Origin: an uncultured virus (IMG/VR IMGVR_UViG_3300043256_000236)
Taxonomy: Duplodnaviria; Heunggongvirae; Uroviricota; Caudoviricetes
Length of the DNA: 64,000 nucleotides
IMG/VR virus record: IMGVR_UViG_3300043256_000236
Span: 1-64,000 of that record
Reading direction: 5' to 3' (one strand)
Under the pieces are notes generated by a model, which was not told the origin of the DNA, searched no databases, and was given only the letters and a program-made list of their open reading frames with translations. Position 1 is the stretch's first letter. Each line of letters starts with the position of its first letter. The translations under genes were made by a program, and so were the position numbers. Shown here piece by piece: positions 19,601-29,595 of the stretch.

Positions 19601-19901
19601 AAGATTTGATACACCGCAGGTAGTTAGTCCTGGCGCAGTAGAAGGCAGGGCAAGGAAGGGTCGGTTACGCAAAGATAGGTACACGGCTGTTCTATTGGCG
19701 CACAAATATGTTTATGATACAGATATCGCTCCAGACGACAATATCGATTATAACGACGTTGCTGGCAATATCGTGAAAAGAACCAAAACAGGCAAGGATG
19801 AGCCTATGTACCGGGGTGCTGGGGTGGGTAGAATGAGGAATGCAGAGGCTGCGCGTAAAGGGACTATTTACAAAGCCATTAAGAGGGGTAAAGCTGTCTA
19901 G
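16632..19901 (+). CDS. terL: terminase large subunit containing an intein
   Basis: CRGGSKS Walker A, IRGFRA..IIADEF Walker B, IGIDPA RNase H-like domain, RKDRYTA; precedes portal. Confidence 0.9.
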   Translation: MSKVTLNELLHGDQGKYGYLFPYRDRVPDIKKHLLDDFKQSKYPLDQTLISKMMDIDYIGWTANVILGIDLFPIQIAMLQMLWNTPFPMLVACRGGSKSWMLAVYAILRGLLDPGSKIIIIGAGLRQARLVFNYIDTIWANSPILRGIVGGGKNAGPRQNVDLCYFKIGDSIIYALPTGDGTKIRGFRASVIIADEFACLDRDTLVETNNGLERISDISDHKTSVINRYGDFERIDSFIKTPKTDVHEISTKYGYGFKCSSIHKVMTTNGWKLGKDLTNNDFLVIKNQYVFPECSADDSMTEDIAWLMGLLISDGDVTRKHGVSIKTIDQDLVEQVITKFAGLSPKVYTREAYVDKRGWKCQKSYEIHIHNTLFREKLYSLGIDYVGVADKVIPSIVLKSPKKIVISFLSGLFEGDGSCFLWKDRNTTKLGVAYYTISDALAQDLQTLLLKLDIISSRQTRRSKLSDRKQWMLRCNGRHALNLAELLNVPKWDDIIPRAQTYFHSDDYGITFDNGRGKWRANVEYGGKLHYLGRYFDKNDALESVKNFQATHDPCVRVKLVTKLPHQDHLYDFYLPMTHSFHGNGFIQHNSVPEDVFDIVVRGFAATAKSPMEEAKKIAFDKKLSQMDIPSDIKQKLMVDDGKMHGNQIVYSGTAYYAFNHFAKKHEMWQEIIRSKGDPDKISQIFGGDSLVPDDFNYKDYCIIRIPHTHLPDGLLDKRQLAHAKATLPRNIYLMEYGAVFVKDSDGFFPRSLIEGCSVGPNKPLDTPDGAVTFSPAMRGIKGPKYVIGIDPAAERDNLAVVIIEVWANHYRVVYCWAVNKKEFIKRKKRGLITDDDYYAYCCSRIREIVRLFNPIRVEMDSQGGGYAIAEMLRNHKLLDTDKGDFPIYEVIDFEDPKSTDGETDGRHILHLIKQSSEFNQDANIALHKSFETRTLLFPAFDSVKMYAAIEAEKASGVIFDTYEENVYNIEELKNELCTIQMSETATGRERFDTPQVVSPGAVEGRARKGRLRKDRYTAVLLAHKYVYDTDIAPDDNIDYNDVAGNIVKRTKTGKDEPMYRGAGVGRMRNAEAARKGTIYKAIKRGKAV
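17226..18401 (+). mobile_element. intein (392 aa) with LAGLIDADG endonuclease and AP2-like domain
   Basis: ADEFA|CLDRDT...FIQHN|SVPE; GLLISDG and GLFEGDG motifs; GITFD..RGKWRA....KLHYLGRY. Confidence 0.9.
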
Positions 19902-19909
19902 TATTGTTG

Positions 19910-19918
19910 GTGTATAAT
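19910..19918 (+). promoter_or_regulatory. Class-II promoter GTGTATAAT
   Basis: Upstream of portal. Confidence 0.55.
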
Positions 19919-19970
19919 CAATTGGACCTCGTTTGTATTACGTTGCTATTGATTTTAGAAAGGGGATAAT

Positions 19971-22073
19971 ATGCCTGGGAAGAAACCTAAAGAGTCTCCA
20001 ACTGGTGGTGTTTTTTACACCAAGGGTTCAAAACCTCTTTCTAATCACGCTGTTGCAGATGTTTGTCACGTAACACATGGTAATAATAAAACGCTTGCGT
20101 CAGATCTAAATCTCAGGGCTGGCTTCAATCGTCACAATATGGATGCCGATCGTCCTGCAGACAGGATTCCAACCGATCACGCAGAAATAATTCAGGCATG
20201 TCAGTCTGTTTATCGAAGAGTGGGCATGGTCAGGAATATTATAGACTTAATGACAGATTTCGCGGCTGAAGGATTACAGTTACAGCATACAACAAAAACT
20301 CAGGAAAGATTTTATCGCGAATGGGCTAAGAGAGTCAATTTACAGGGTAGAGCGCATGACTTCATGAAGCTGTTGATGCGAGACGCAAATGTGATAGTTC
20401 GTCGCAAAAATGCACAAATCACTAGACCCGCTATTAAGGAGATGACCAGAGGTGGTGTTAGTGGTCTAGAATTATTAGATGAAACCAAGGTTGCCGAAAA
20501 ACCAGAGAAGATTAGTACGACCAAAAAGACCACTAAGAAGAATGAGATTCCATGGAGGTATGTTTTTCTTTCACCTGTTGTGATTGAAAAAATCAGTGGC
20601 GAAGTTGGTAAATTTTTTGGTTCTGATGCAATCGGGTTTAAAATTCCGAATTCACTGGCGACAGCAATTAACGCTCCCAAGACAAAGGCAGAAAAAAAGT
20701 ATATTTCTCAGCTACCGCCAGAGGTTGTCAGGGCAGCTCGTAAGAGTTCGCGATTAGTTGAACTAGACATGGATAAGATATACATAGACTATTACAAGAA
20801 AGATGATTGGGAGGATTGGGGAACACCATTTCTATACGGCGTATTAGAAGACATCATGTTTAAGGAGAAGATGCGATTAGCTGACATGGCTACGCTTGAT
20901 GGTGTAATTAATGTTGTTCGTATATGGAAACTTGGGAAATCAGAACAACAAATTCTTCCTGCACCAGCGATGGTTGATAGACTAATTGGTATTCTTCAGA
21001 GCAATGTTGGTGGCGGGGTCATGGATCTGGTTTGGGACGACATGATAGACCTACAGGTTGAGTATCCACCAACAGACAAAATTCTTGGACCAGACAAGTA
21101 TATTAGTGTAAATAGCGATATTGTGAGGGGATTAGGTATCCCAGATTCATTAGTAGGAGGGTCTGATCTGGGAACGAGGAATGCTCAATCTGCTTTTGTA
21201 CAACTCAAAACACTAGTAGAACGTCTTGAATACGTGAGAAGCAGGGCTATTGTATGGATGGAGGGGGAATTGCGACTAGTGGCTGATGCCATGGGTTTCA
21301 AGAAAATTCCTGCTATCAGCTTTGGTATAATGTCTTTGCGAGACGAAGCAGCAGAGAAGCAATTGATAATCCAGTTATTGGATCGTGGTATTATTTCATC
21401 CGAGAAGGTTACAGAAGTATTCGGAGTCAATTATATGATAGAAGTTGAGCGTTTGAAATCAGAACAGGCAACAAGAGAAGAAAATCCTGGTGTACTGGAA
21501 AAATCGAATCCGTATAACCGTCCATTTTCTGTTATGGATAGACAACAAGAACATGCTATTGAACTTGAGTTGGTTAAACAACAAAAAGACACGGGTGGTG
21601 GAGACGATAATGATGGTGGAGATAATCCAAGTGGTGATCAACCGAAAGATGAGGGAGTCAATTCTCCTGGCCGACCACCTTCAACAAAGGACACTAAGCC
21701 CAGAGATGAAAGAACACCTACTACACAATCTTCTATACTATATCTAACCGCAGAGGGGTTTTTAGACAAACTGGACGCGATACTAGACCCAGTTTATTTA
21801 GAACAAATAGGTGTCAAGAATGTACGGTCTCTAACCAAATCGCAGAAAACCGCACTTGACAGGACCAAACGCGGCATCTTATCTGTCTTGCAACCCAACG
21901 ACGTTGTTACAAAGGAATTGATTTCTGCTAGACTTGCTGTATCTAGCGATAATGACAGGGCCATGGAAAATCGTTTTTGCGAATTGCTTGCACTTCAGAC
22001 CACACACAGCGAAAAGACACCGACAGTAAAAGAGCGTCGTATGATAACGGCTTTTGCATGGGCCACTGGATAA
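19971..22073 (+). CDS. portal protein
   Basis: Follows terL; VRNIIDLMTDF helix, acidic/Gly tail with PGRPP typical of large-phage portals. Confidence 0.75.
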   Translation: MPGKKPKESPTGGVFYTKGSKPLSNHAVADVCHVTHGNNKTLASDLNLRAGFNRHNMDADRPADRIPTDHAEIIQACQSVYRRVGMVRNIIDLMTDFAAEGLQLQHTTKTQERFYREWAKRVNLQGRAHDFMKLLMRDANVIVRRKNAQITRPAIKEMTRGGVSGLELLDETKVAEKPEKISTTKKTTKKNEIPWRYVFLSPVVIEKISGEVGKFFGSDAIGFKIPNSLATAINAPKTKAEKKYISQLPPEVVRAARKSSRLVELDMDKIYIDYYKKDDWEDWGTPFLYGVLEDIMFKEKMRLADMATLDGVINVVRIWKLGKSEQQILPAPAMVDRLIGILQSNVGGGVMDLVWDDMIDLQVEYPPTDKILGPDKYISVNSDIVRGLGIPDSLVGGSDLGTRNAQSAFVQLKTLVERLEYVRSRAIVWMEGELRLVADAMGFKKIPAISFGIMSLRDEAAEKQLIIQLLDRGIISSEKVTEVFGVNYMIEVERLKSEQATREENPGVLEKSNPYNRPFSVMDRQQEHAIELELVKQQKDTGGGDDNDGGDNPSGDQPKDEGVNSPGRPPSTKDTKPRDERTPTTQSSILYLTAEGFLDKLDAILDPVYLEQIGVKNVRSLTKSQKTALDRTKRGILSVLQPNDVVTKELISARLAVSSDNDRAMENRFCELLALQTTHSEKTPTVKERRMITAFAWATG

Positions 22074-22126
22074 TTTGTATATTAACGGTTCGTTAATAAG
22101 AGTTTGGTTTATTTTAGGAGGTAGTT

Positions 22127-22456
22127 ATGTCTATTGTTAATGTTTCGCTTGACACCAAAAGTAGAGTTGTTGTTCTTACTATCGATGGGATACAAGTACC
22201 ACAAGATGGGTGTAGTATAGACAGATGGATAAATATGGATGGTGAAGAGCATATATCTTTTAGTTATACAAGAGAAAGTGTAAATGGTTCTGGGCTAACA
22301 GAAAGACACCAGTTCAGTCTTCCTACTCCCGAAGAATTAGCTGTAGTAACTATTGCTAATGTTGACAAGGATGGACTAGTATCAAAGATTGTGTATAATG
22401 ACGAAAAGGCTAAGGCGGATATTATTGATTTTCTTAAGAAAAAGCGTAATCCATAG
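22127..22456 (+). CDS. hypothetical head-region protein
   Basis: AGGAGG RBS. Confidence 0.6.
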   Translation: MSIVNVSLDTKSRVVVLTIDGIQVPQDGCSIDRWINMDGEEHISFSYTRESVNGSGLTERHQFSLPTPEELAVVTIANVDKDGLVSKIVYNDEKAKADIIDFLKKKRNP

Positions 22457-22533
22457 TAATATGTCCATGAATGGTCTTTTTGTTAGTATGTTCACGCATA
22501 CTTTATTCTTATATTTGTGTATAATGCATACGA

Positions 22534-23997
22534 ATGGAGGCTTTCTTGCGTATTTATCAATCTGAAAAAGAAGATGGCGTAGACGCCCAGATGTCGGCTG
22601 ATAAAAGTTCTGTTGCATTTGTTACAGCACCAGTTAATATAGGAGATATCAAGAAGTACTTCGACGGCATGTCTATGGAGGATATAATTAAAGCTACGTC
22701 TACCATTCAGACTGTGGAAGAATTATTGGGTCAAGTACAACCAGATTTAGCTCTAGTGGTTGCTATTTTAGTTAGTACAGGTTGGAACGACAATGATGAT
22801 ATCTTTACTCCAGCGGAAGTTTGGAAGGCCAGGTCAACTCCTCTACACAAACCCATGAATGATAATCATCAGGCCGAAAAGATTTTGGGCCATATTGTTC
22901 AAACCAGGGTTTTGGATAAATCTGGTGAAGAAATTGTTGTTGCAGAGGGCGGGTCTCCACCGGATGAGTTTGATATAGAAGTAGCTGGTGTACTTTACAG
23001 AGCATTCGATGTGTTATCGGATAGAATAGAAGAAATCATAACCAAAGCTCAAAATGGTGAGATGTTTGTGTCTATGGAGGCTTGGTTTCCAGATTTTGGC
23101 TATGGATTAACTAATACATCTACGGGGAAAACCAATCTCATTGACCGGACAGAATCCACTGCTTTTCTAACTAAGCACCTGAGGATCTACGGAGGCAGTG
23201 GTGAATATCAGGGATACAAGGTCGGTAGGGTTCTAAAAGATATAATTTTTGGTGCGCAAGGGTTTACTGAAAATCCTGCAAATCCTGAATCTGTAATTAA
23301 GGTTGCGGCAAGTCGGGGAGCCGCTTCTAAAGTGTTTGTTACTGCTGAATTGAATGGGTTATTGGAAGGGGGTGTAGAAGACATGGATAAGGATCAACTA
23401 AAAGAACTACAGGTGCAGCTAGATGAGGCCAAGGCCAGTCTGGAGAGCAAGACGCAAGAGGTTAGTGAACTACAAAAAGCCGCAGATGACTTTAAAGCTA
23501 AGGATTATGATGGTCAAATTACTACTCTTAATACGAAGTTAGAAGAGATGACTGTAGATGCAGACAAAGCAACTGAAACAATGAAGGTTATCTCAGGTCA
23601 GAAGAATGAACTTCAGAAGCAGTTGGATGAGGTGACGAATCGTGCCGATAAGAGCGAAGCGGAACTAGAGGTGATTCGTAAGAATGAAGTAGCTCGTGAC
23701 CGTTTTGCGCAGTTGTCTGAAGTCAAACAGATTGATGACAAGGATGCAACTCTAGCGGAACTTTGTTCTATGAGTGACGAGACGTTCGCATTGGTTCTGA
23801 AGTTTGCTGGTGATACAGACAAGTCTGATAATAAAGAATCAGAAAAGACTGAAGCTGCTTTGGATGACGTTAAGACAGACGATAGTGCTGATTTTATTGC
23901 TGATGCAAGTTCTGCCGAGACGGCGAAAGAGAGTTGGAGAACGTTGGCGAATGTGCTGACTGGACACGAAACAAAGAAAGATGAAGGGGGTGAATAG
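22534..23997 (+). CDS. prohead protease-scaffold fusion
   Basis: N.NDDIF, KPMNDNH..ILGH, VSME, NPANPES protease domain plus acidic coiled coil; GTGTATAAT at 22517. Confidence 0.7.
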   Translation: MEAFLRIYQSEKEDGVDAQMSADKSSVAFVTAPVNIGDIKKYFDGMSMEDIIKATSTIQTVEELLGQVQPDLALVVAILVSTGWNDNDDIFTPAEVWKARSTPLHKPMNDNHQAEKILGHIVQTRVLDKSGEEIVVAEGGSPPDEFDIEVAGVLYRAFDVLSDRIEEIITKAQNGEMFVSMEAWFPDFGYGLTNTSTGKTNLIDRTESTAFLTKHLRIYGGSGEYQGYKVGRVLKDIIFGAQGFTENPANPESVIKVAASRGAASKVFVTAELNGLLEGGVEDMDKDQLKELQVQLDEAKASLESKTQEVSELQKAADDFKAKDYDGQITTLNTKLEEMTVDADKATETMKVISGQKNELQKQLDEVTNRADKSEAELEVIRKNEVARDRFAQLSEVKQIDDKDATLAELCSMSDETFALVLKFAGDTDKSDNKESEKTEAALDDVKTDDSADFIADASSAETAKESWRTLANVLTGHETKKDEGGE

Positions 23998-23999
23998 GG

Positions 24000-24479
24000 A
24001 TGGCTTTAAAACCAGATCGTGAAATTAATGAAGTTACTGACATTACTAACTTTTGGACTACTATTGCTGCTGAAAAGGGTGGTTGTGCTAGTAATGTGAC
24101 CCAGGGCTCTGGCGCCTCTATGGGTACCAACATAGTTGATGAAGCTAATGTGGTAGGTTATGTGGCCAATCCTTCGGGAGCAATAGCAAAGGGTATTTTG
24201 CTGCAGCCAGTAAACGCACCGATGAGTGCTACCAGAGACTTCCTGAATTTTGAAAGTGGTGAAATTCGTCCTGGTGATAAGTGTACTTTGGTGAAAAAGG
24301 GGTTTGTGGTTACAGATATGATCGTTGGTAGTACACCGACTGCTGGTGCTACGGCGTATTTGGCTGCAAGTGGTAAGTTGAGTATGGCAAACTACGGTAG
24401 TGCGTCTCCAGCAATTGGTCGTTTCGAGACAACTGTAGATGGTAATGGGTTTGCTAGAGTTTCTATTGATATTACATAA
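24000..24479 (+). CDS. head decoration/cement protein
   Basis: Small Gly/Ala-rich beta protein between scaffold and capsid genes. Confidence 0.6.
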   Translation: MALKPDREINEVTDITNFWTTIAAEKGGCASNVTQGSGASMGTNIVDEANVVGYVANPSGAIAKGILLQPVNAPMSATRDFLNFESGEIRPGDKCTLVKKGFVVTDMIVGSTPTAGATAYLAASGKLSMANYGSASPAIGRFETTVDGNGFARVSIDIT

Positions 24480-24497
24480 GGGGGGTGAAAAAGTACT

Positions 24498-25514
24498 ATG
24501 CGTAAAATAACCAAACCAACACCTGAACAGATTGAGCTTTTAAGGCGAACTGGTTCTTCAAATAAGGCAGAAGCCCTAGAAGCGATGCATTCTTTGGCTC
24601 AGGCTCTACAAATTCCTTTGAGATCAGCATTGATCGATGGCGATATTCTAGGTGGGATCTTCGCACCCGAGGTGCTAGACCCGAGTGCAACGGCTGAGTA
24701 TCCGCTTGATTTTTATCAGACCGCACAAGAAAACGACTACGTTGCATATACGCTTCCAAGCGAAGGTGCATTGCCACAGCGCAATGTCTCCGGTGATGCG
24801 GTTACCGTTCAGACCTACGACGTAGGTAATGCCATAGACTGGCCGCTTAAGTATTCTTTTTCTGCACGTTGGAATATTGTCGCTCGTGCTATGGAGGTAC
24901 TTGAGGCAGGATTTGTCAAGAAGATGAATACTGATGGTTGGCGTGTAATCATAGCTGCTGGTGCTGGTCGAACAGACTATGCAGGTGGGGCTCCATTGGT
25001 GTATGACAGTGCGGCTACTGTTGGTCAGTTTACGAAGCGTTTGATTTCTCTGATGAAAACTACGATGACTCGTCTGGCAGGTGGAAACAGCGCTACTGCT
25101 AATCGTGGTAGGCTTACCGACTTGTATATGAGTCCAGAAGCGCTTGAAGACATTCGTGAATGGGATCACGACGAGGTTGATGATGATACTCGTAACAGAA
25201 TCTTTAATGCTACTGACGAAGTTCTGTCTAGTATCTATGGGGTCAATTTGCATGTACTGGACGAACTTGGTGTAGGCCAGGAGTTCCAGACGTTCTTTGA
25301 GACACTTGGTGTTAGTATGGGTACTGACGATGAGGAAATAGTCGTGGGTCTTGACTTATCTCATGGAGATTCGTTCGTTATGCCAATCAGGCGTGAGTTG
25401 GTAATCTTTGAAGACGACGCCCTGCACAGGAAACAGCGCGCCGGATTTTATGGATGGCAAGAGCACGGTTTTGCGTCATTAGATGGTAGAAGGTGCCTCG
25501 TCGGATCTTTTTAG
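24498..25514 (+). CDS. major capsid protein (HK97 fold, inferred)
   Basis: 338 aa; position; C-terminal GFYGWQEHGF; followed by a strong terminator. Confidence 0.8.
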   Translation: MRKITKPTPEQIELLRRTGSSNKAEALEAMHSLAQALQIPLRSALIDGDILGGIFAPEVLDPSATAEYPLDFYQTAQENDYVAYTLPSEGALPQRNVSGDAVTVQTYDVGNAIDWPLKYSFSARWNIVARAMEVLEAGFVKKMNTDGWRVIIAAGAGRTDYAGGAPLVYDSAATVGQFTKRLISLMKTTMTRLAGGNSATANRGRLTDLYMSPEALEDIREWDHDEVDDDTRNRIFNATDEVLSSIYGVNLHVLDELGVGQEFQTFFETLGVSMGTDDEEIVVGLDLSHGDSFVMPIRRELVIFEDDALHRKQRAGFYGWQEHGFASLDGRRCLVGSF

Positions 25515-25530
25515 GATGGTTCTAATAAGA

Positions 25531-25565
25531 AAACAGGGCTGACGATTAGTCAGCTCTGTTTTTTT
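25531..25565 (+). terminator. Rho-independent terminator
   Basis: AAACAGGGCTGAC-GATTA-GTCAGCTCTGTTT plus T-run. Confidence 0.85.
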
Positions 25566-25591
25566 GGGACTATATAAATTATTTTTTCCAT

Positions 25592-25620
25592 GCAACAGAA
25601 CACACTTTGTAACGTATAAT
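25592..25620 (+). promoter_or_regulatory. Class-I promoter
   Basis: GCAACA-N15-CGTATAAT. Confidence 0.7.
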
Positions 25621-25639
25621 AATGGGGAAGGAGACTGTT

Positions 25640-26890
25640 ATGTTAAAAAAGCAAATTGATATTGAGAAAGCAATTAGACTTTATCGGGACGAGGGTAAAC
25701 ATACTCCAGAAGTATCAAAAGCTGTTGGATGTTCTGTTCAGACATTAATCACTCGATTAAGAGATGCTGGTGTGACGATTAGGACGGCTGGAGAGTCTCA
25801 TCAAAAAATTGATTTTGAGACAATACGACACGAATACGAAGATTTGAAGATGTCAACGTCAAAGATAGCTTCAAAGCATGGAATGAGTCAAGTTTCTATG
25901 TGGGGAAGACTGGTGAATGGGGGTGTTCAGATGCGTGATAGAAAAGAAGAGGCAAGAAAAGCTTGTATTACGATTCCTGTGTCGGATCATCTATCCATTT
26001 GCGAACGTTATAAAACCAACAAGCACGAAAGCTGTGCTGATATAGCCGAGGATTATGGAGTTCACAGAACTACTATAGCTGCTGTTCTCAAGAAAAACAA
26101 TATAACCCCTGAACATTCGGGTGCTCGCATTAAATCATACAAAGGTGGTATCACTAAGCTCCACACAAGAATACGCAATTGTGAAAAGGCCGAATTTTTG
26201 CGGCGTGCCTGTATGGAAAGAGATGACTATAAATGTCGTATCTCAGGAGAAGTCGGCAAGTTAGAAGTCCATCATTATCCCAAAGTTTTTTCTAAGATGT
26301 TTAATGAATTCCTTGCTTTACATACGGATTTGAATCCCATCGAGGATTGTGATGAACTCTTACTATTATCTCAGGATTACGAATCATTTTGGGAAATAGA
26401 TAATGGCATGACAGTTACGGAAGAAATGCATAAAAGATTGCATATGCACAATGGAATCAAAGATGAAGAGTTGATATCCTTGCATGATAAAGGGTGGTCA
26501 TGTCAGCGTATTTCCAAGTATTTCGGCAAATCAGCGTCATTCGTTCGCGCCAGATTCTTGGCTATTGGACAAGCTAGGAAAAGTCCAGGATTTTATAACA
26601 AGATGCGATCAGAAATAAGTGAAGAAACCCAAGCGGGAGTTTTAGAAGCTTATGTTCGTGGTGATGTTGTCAGGCAGATATGCAACAGATATGACATTGC
26701 AAGTAGTACATTATACAAAATTCTGCGAGATAATCAGATCATTCCAGGTAATCGTAAAAAGTCTACAGAAAGTAAAGCTAGACAAGAAAGCACCAGAGTT
26801 CACCAGCTACGAGATTCTGGGGTTACTGTCCAAGAATTAGCGAGGATGTATGAAGTGAGTGACACAACAATTCGCAACATTCTATTGTAA
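25640..26890 (+). CDS. multi-HTH protein with central degenerate HNH domain (homing-endonuclease-like)
   Basis: RDDYKCRISG...LEVHH...NGMTV...H...H flanked by about 6 HTH-like repeats. Confidence 0.65.
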   Translation: MLKKQIDIEKAIRLYRDEGKHTPEVSKAVGCSVQTLITRLRDAGVTIRTAGESHQKIDFETIRHEYEDLKMSTSKIASKHGMSQVSMWGRLVNGGVQMRDRKEEARKACITIPVSDHLSICERYKTNKHESCADIAEDYGVHRTTIAAVLKKNNITPEHSGARIKSYKGGITKLHTRIRNCEKAEFLRRACMERDDYKCRISGEVGKLEVHHYPKVFSKMFNEFLALHTDLNPIEDCDELLLLSQDYESFWEIDNGMTVTEEMHKRLHMHNGIKDEELISLHDKGWSCQRISKYFGKSASFVRARFLAIGQARKSPGFYNKMRSEISEETQAGVLEAYVRGDVVRQICNRYDIASSTLYKILRDNQIIPGNRKKSTESKARQESTRVHQLRDSGVTVQELARMYEVSDTTIRNILL

Positions 26891-26931
26891 TACTTAATAC
26901 TTTCTGTATATAATTAGTTGAGTTCACATCT

Positions 26932-26972
26932 AAGGAGTCGGAAGCTGCGTATGCGGTTTCCAGCTCCTTTTT
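26932..26972 (+). terminator. terminator hairpin
   Basis: AAGGAGTCGGAAGCTGC-GTAT-GCGGTTTCCAGCTCCTT plus Ts. Confidence 0.65.
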
Positions 26973-27030
26973 CTTTTAATTCTTGGTGTATAATTTAGTG
27001 AAAGGTCTTTTTTCTGGAGGTTCTACGTCC

Positions 27031-27408
27031 ATGACTGATGCCCAGGTAGCAGAATTATATTCTAGTGGAAATAGCTGTGCAGAGGTTGCCAGACTAGACA
27101 AGTGTAGTGAGACGTGCATGTATAATCGCTTAATATCCTTGGGTGTGGTTCTGAGGAGCAGATCGGAAGCTAACAAGATTTTCCCTGATACTATTTTTAT
27201 GATTCTGTACAACATGGGCCTGTCTACTTCTCAAGTCGGAAGAGTTTTGGGTATCAATTCATCGACGGTAACCAAAAGATTACACTCCCTTCATTATCCT
27301 TTGCGGTCTCGCACACTAGCTCAAAAGATAAGATACACAGAAAAAGAATTCAAGAAGTATTTTATGGTTCCACAACTGTTGGATAGATTAGTAGAATGGG
27401 TGAATTAG
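27031..27408 (+). CDS. tandem HTH protein
   Basis: Two LY..G.S...V.R.L...S.T...RL...LRSR repeats; GGAGG RBS. Confidence 0.65.
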   Translation: MTDAQVAELYSSGNSCAEVARLDKCSETCMYNRLISLGVVLRSRSEANKIFPDTIFMILYNMGLSTSQVGRVLGINSSTVTKRLHSLHYPLRSRTLAQKIRYTEKEFKKYFMVPQLLDRLVEWVN

Positions 27409-27439
27409 TAATTTTTATATTGTTTAAGGAGGATGGGGT

Positions 27440-27781
27440 ATGTCTTTAATAGGCCAATCTATAGTGGAATTTGATTTCTTTCCAGATTCGCCACCGTCTA
27501 TTGTGGGAGAACTAGTTACTGGACAGTCTGTCAATATAGAATTATGGGAAAATGACAATGCAGTGTCTATAGGCTCCAGTGGTTGTGGAGAAATTGGTTC
27601 GACTGGCAGGTATAGCTGGTCTACCGGTGGTATCACGACTCTTACAGCTAGCCGTCAACAATTCCATTGGCGAATGTCTGATGGGTCAAATACTGACGAA
27701 GGCGACTTTGTGCTTATATCTCACGAAAATCGTGATGGTGGCATGCCATCATTAAACGACAAGCCTTCCTACATAGTCTAA
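27440..27781 (+). CDS. virion protein; stand-alone copy of a domain shared with 27838 and 30208
   Basis: VNIELW...SSGCGEIGSTGRYSWST. Confidence 0.6.
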   Translation: MSLIGQSIVEFDFFPDSPPSIVGELVTGQSVNIELWENDNAVSIGSSGCGEIGSTGRYSWSTGGITTLTASRQQFHWRMSDGSNTDEGDFVLISHENRDGGMPSLNDKPSYIV

Positions 27782-27837
27782 CCTACATTGATGTTTGTTG
27801 CAAATAAACATTGTTTGCAACATAAGGAGTACACAAA

Positions 27838-29586
27838 ATGGCAACCGATATTATATTTGGTGAACAAGCTACGTTTCGGGGGAGTGATTCCCGTTACGGT
27901 AAAGTTGTTGCTCTGAATGATGAAACGGTTGTCGTGGCGTATAATGATGTAGCTGATTCCAATCACGGAACAGCTAAGGTGGGGTCAGTCTCTGGTAGCG
28001 ATGTAGTATTTGGTGCGGAAACTGAATTCATGTCTAGTGGTACTGGTGGTGTCACAACACTCGATATAAAGAAGATTGATGATGATAGATTTCTTTTAGC
28101 ATATAGAGACGGTCCAAGTGATAACAATGGAGTGGCTGTAGTAGGGACAGTCAGTGGTACTACAATAACTTTTGGTGATGCGTCTGGATTTATGACTACA
28201 TTAGGTGGTTCGGTAATAGATATAACTTTGTCTATGTTCTCTGAGACAAAATTTGTAGTCGGATATGCTGATTCCGGTCAGGGTACACAGGGGTTTGCAA
28301 GGATAGGTACTATAAGTGGTACTACGGTTACGTTTGGTGATGAAACGAGGTTCTTACTGGGTCATGCAGATTGGATTGATGTAGCAACTATAAATGAATC
28401 TGGATTTGTGGTTTCGTATCAAGATGGAAGAACTAATCCAAAAACAGCTCAGTCAAAAATCGGAACAGTTGATGGAACAGCCATAACTTTCGGTGCCGAA
28501 TCAGAATTCGACAATGATGGTGATTTTGCTTATATTTCTATAGCTAAGCTTGACCCAGATAGGGTCGTGATTACGTACAGAGGCAAGAGTGCAACCTATC
28601 TAGGAAGAGCTATAGTTGGTACCATTTCGGGCACAACTATTACGTACGGAGATCAGTTCACATACAACAATGGTGCCTCTTTTTACACCTCTGTCACGAC
28701 GGTGTCTGCTACTAGATTTATTGTTGGTTGCTGGGACAACAGCGATGGTGCTCATGGGACTGTTACAGTTGGGACAGTGACAGGAACAGATATAGAATTT
28801 GGTACCGAAAATACGTTTGTAATTGGCGCAGCTAGTTACGTCTCGGTTGATCTCATAAATCAAAATAAATTTATTGTTGGATATAGAGATGACAGTGATT
28901 CAAACAGAGGAAAAGCCAATATAGGATTATTATACGCACAAACTATCGATGAGTTTGATCTATTCATAGAGGGACTAGGGGGTATATTAAAAACTGGCGA
29001 GCTAGATCTGTTCACAAAAGGATGTGCATCAATAACTGGTGAGATAGATCTATTTGTAGGAGGGTACGAGTTAACCACTGGCGAGATAGGGCTATTCATA
29101 CCGGCACCGCCACCTGATCTTTACGCAAGTAAATATATGTTTGTCGGTGGTTATCAAAATATCTGGGCATCCGGAGCACTATTTATAGAAGGGTTCGGTT
29201 TAACAACTGGAGAGATGGATCTATTCATAGCAGTGGGTGCCACACAGGCGGCCGGGATACCCTTAAGAATTGTTCACCGTTTGGTAAAAACTGGAGATTA
29301 TGATCCGCAGTTAATTGGTATATTCGACGACATACCAGTTAATGTAACAATAGAGGTGTGGGACATCGTAGGTGGAAGTAACACATCGATGATCCTTACT
29401 GACAACAATTGTTACGCAATAGGAAATACTGATAAATGGGGATGGTCTACAGCTCACTTGCGTCATACTGGACAAAAAAAGAAATACCAATACTATTTTA
29501 GGATGACTTCGAATGAATTGGAAGAGGTGTATGGTGAATTTTTTATAACCGTACCAGAACGCGGACGTTTTTCGTACCCAGATTAG
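27838..29586 (+). CDS. virion adhesin-like protein: beta-propeller-like repeats, stalk and C-terminal shared domain
   Basis: About 7 repeats of 'FVV.Y.D....G.A..GTVSGTTITFG'; DLFI.G repeats; CYAIGNTDKWGWST. Confidence 0.65.
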   Translation: MATDIIFGEQATFRGSDSRYGKVVALNDETVVVAYNDVADSNHGTAKVGSVSGSDVVFGAETEFMSSGTGGVTTLDIKKIDDDRFLLAYRDGPSDNNGVAVVGTVSGTTITFGDASGFMTTLGGSVIDITLSMFSETKFVVGYADSGQGTQGFARIGTISGTTVTFGDETRFLLGHADWIDVATINESGFVVSYQDGRTNPKTAQSKIGTVDGTAITFGAESEFDNDGDFAYISIAKLDPDRVVITYRGKSATYLGRAIVGTISGTTITYGDQFTYNNGASFYTSVTTVSATRFIVGCWDNSDGAHGTVTVGTVTGTDIEFGTENTFVIGAASYVSVDLINQNKFIVGYRDDSDSNRGKANIGLLYAQTIDEFDLFIEGLGGILKTGELDLFTKGCASITGEIDLFVGGYELTTGEIGLFIPAPPPDLYASKYMFVGGYQNIWASGALFIEGFGLTTGEMDLFIAVGATQAAGIPLRIVHRLVKTGDYDPQLIGIFDDIPVNVTIEVWDIVGGSNTSMILTDNNCYAIGNTDKWGWSTAHLRHTGQKKKYQYYFRMTSNELEEVYGEFFITVPERGRFSYPD

Positions 29587-29595
29587 GAGGACAAC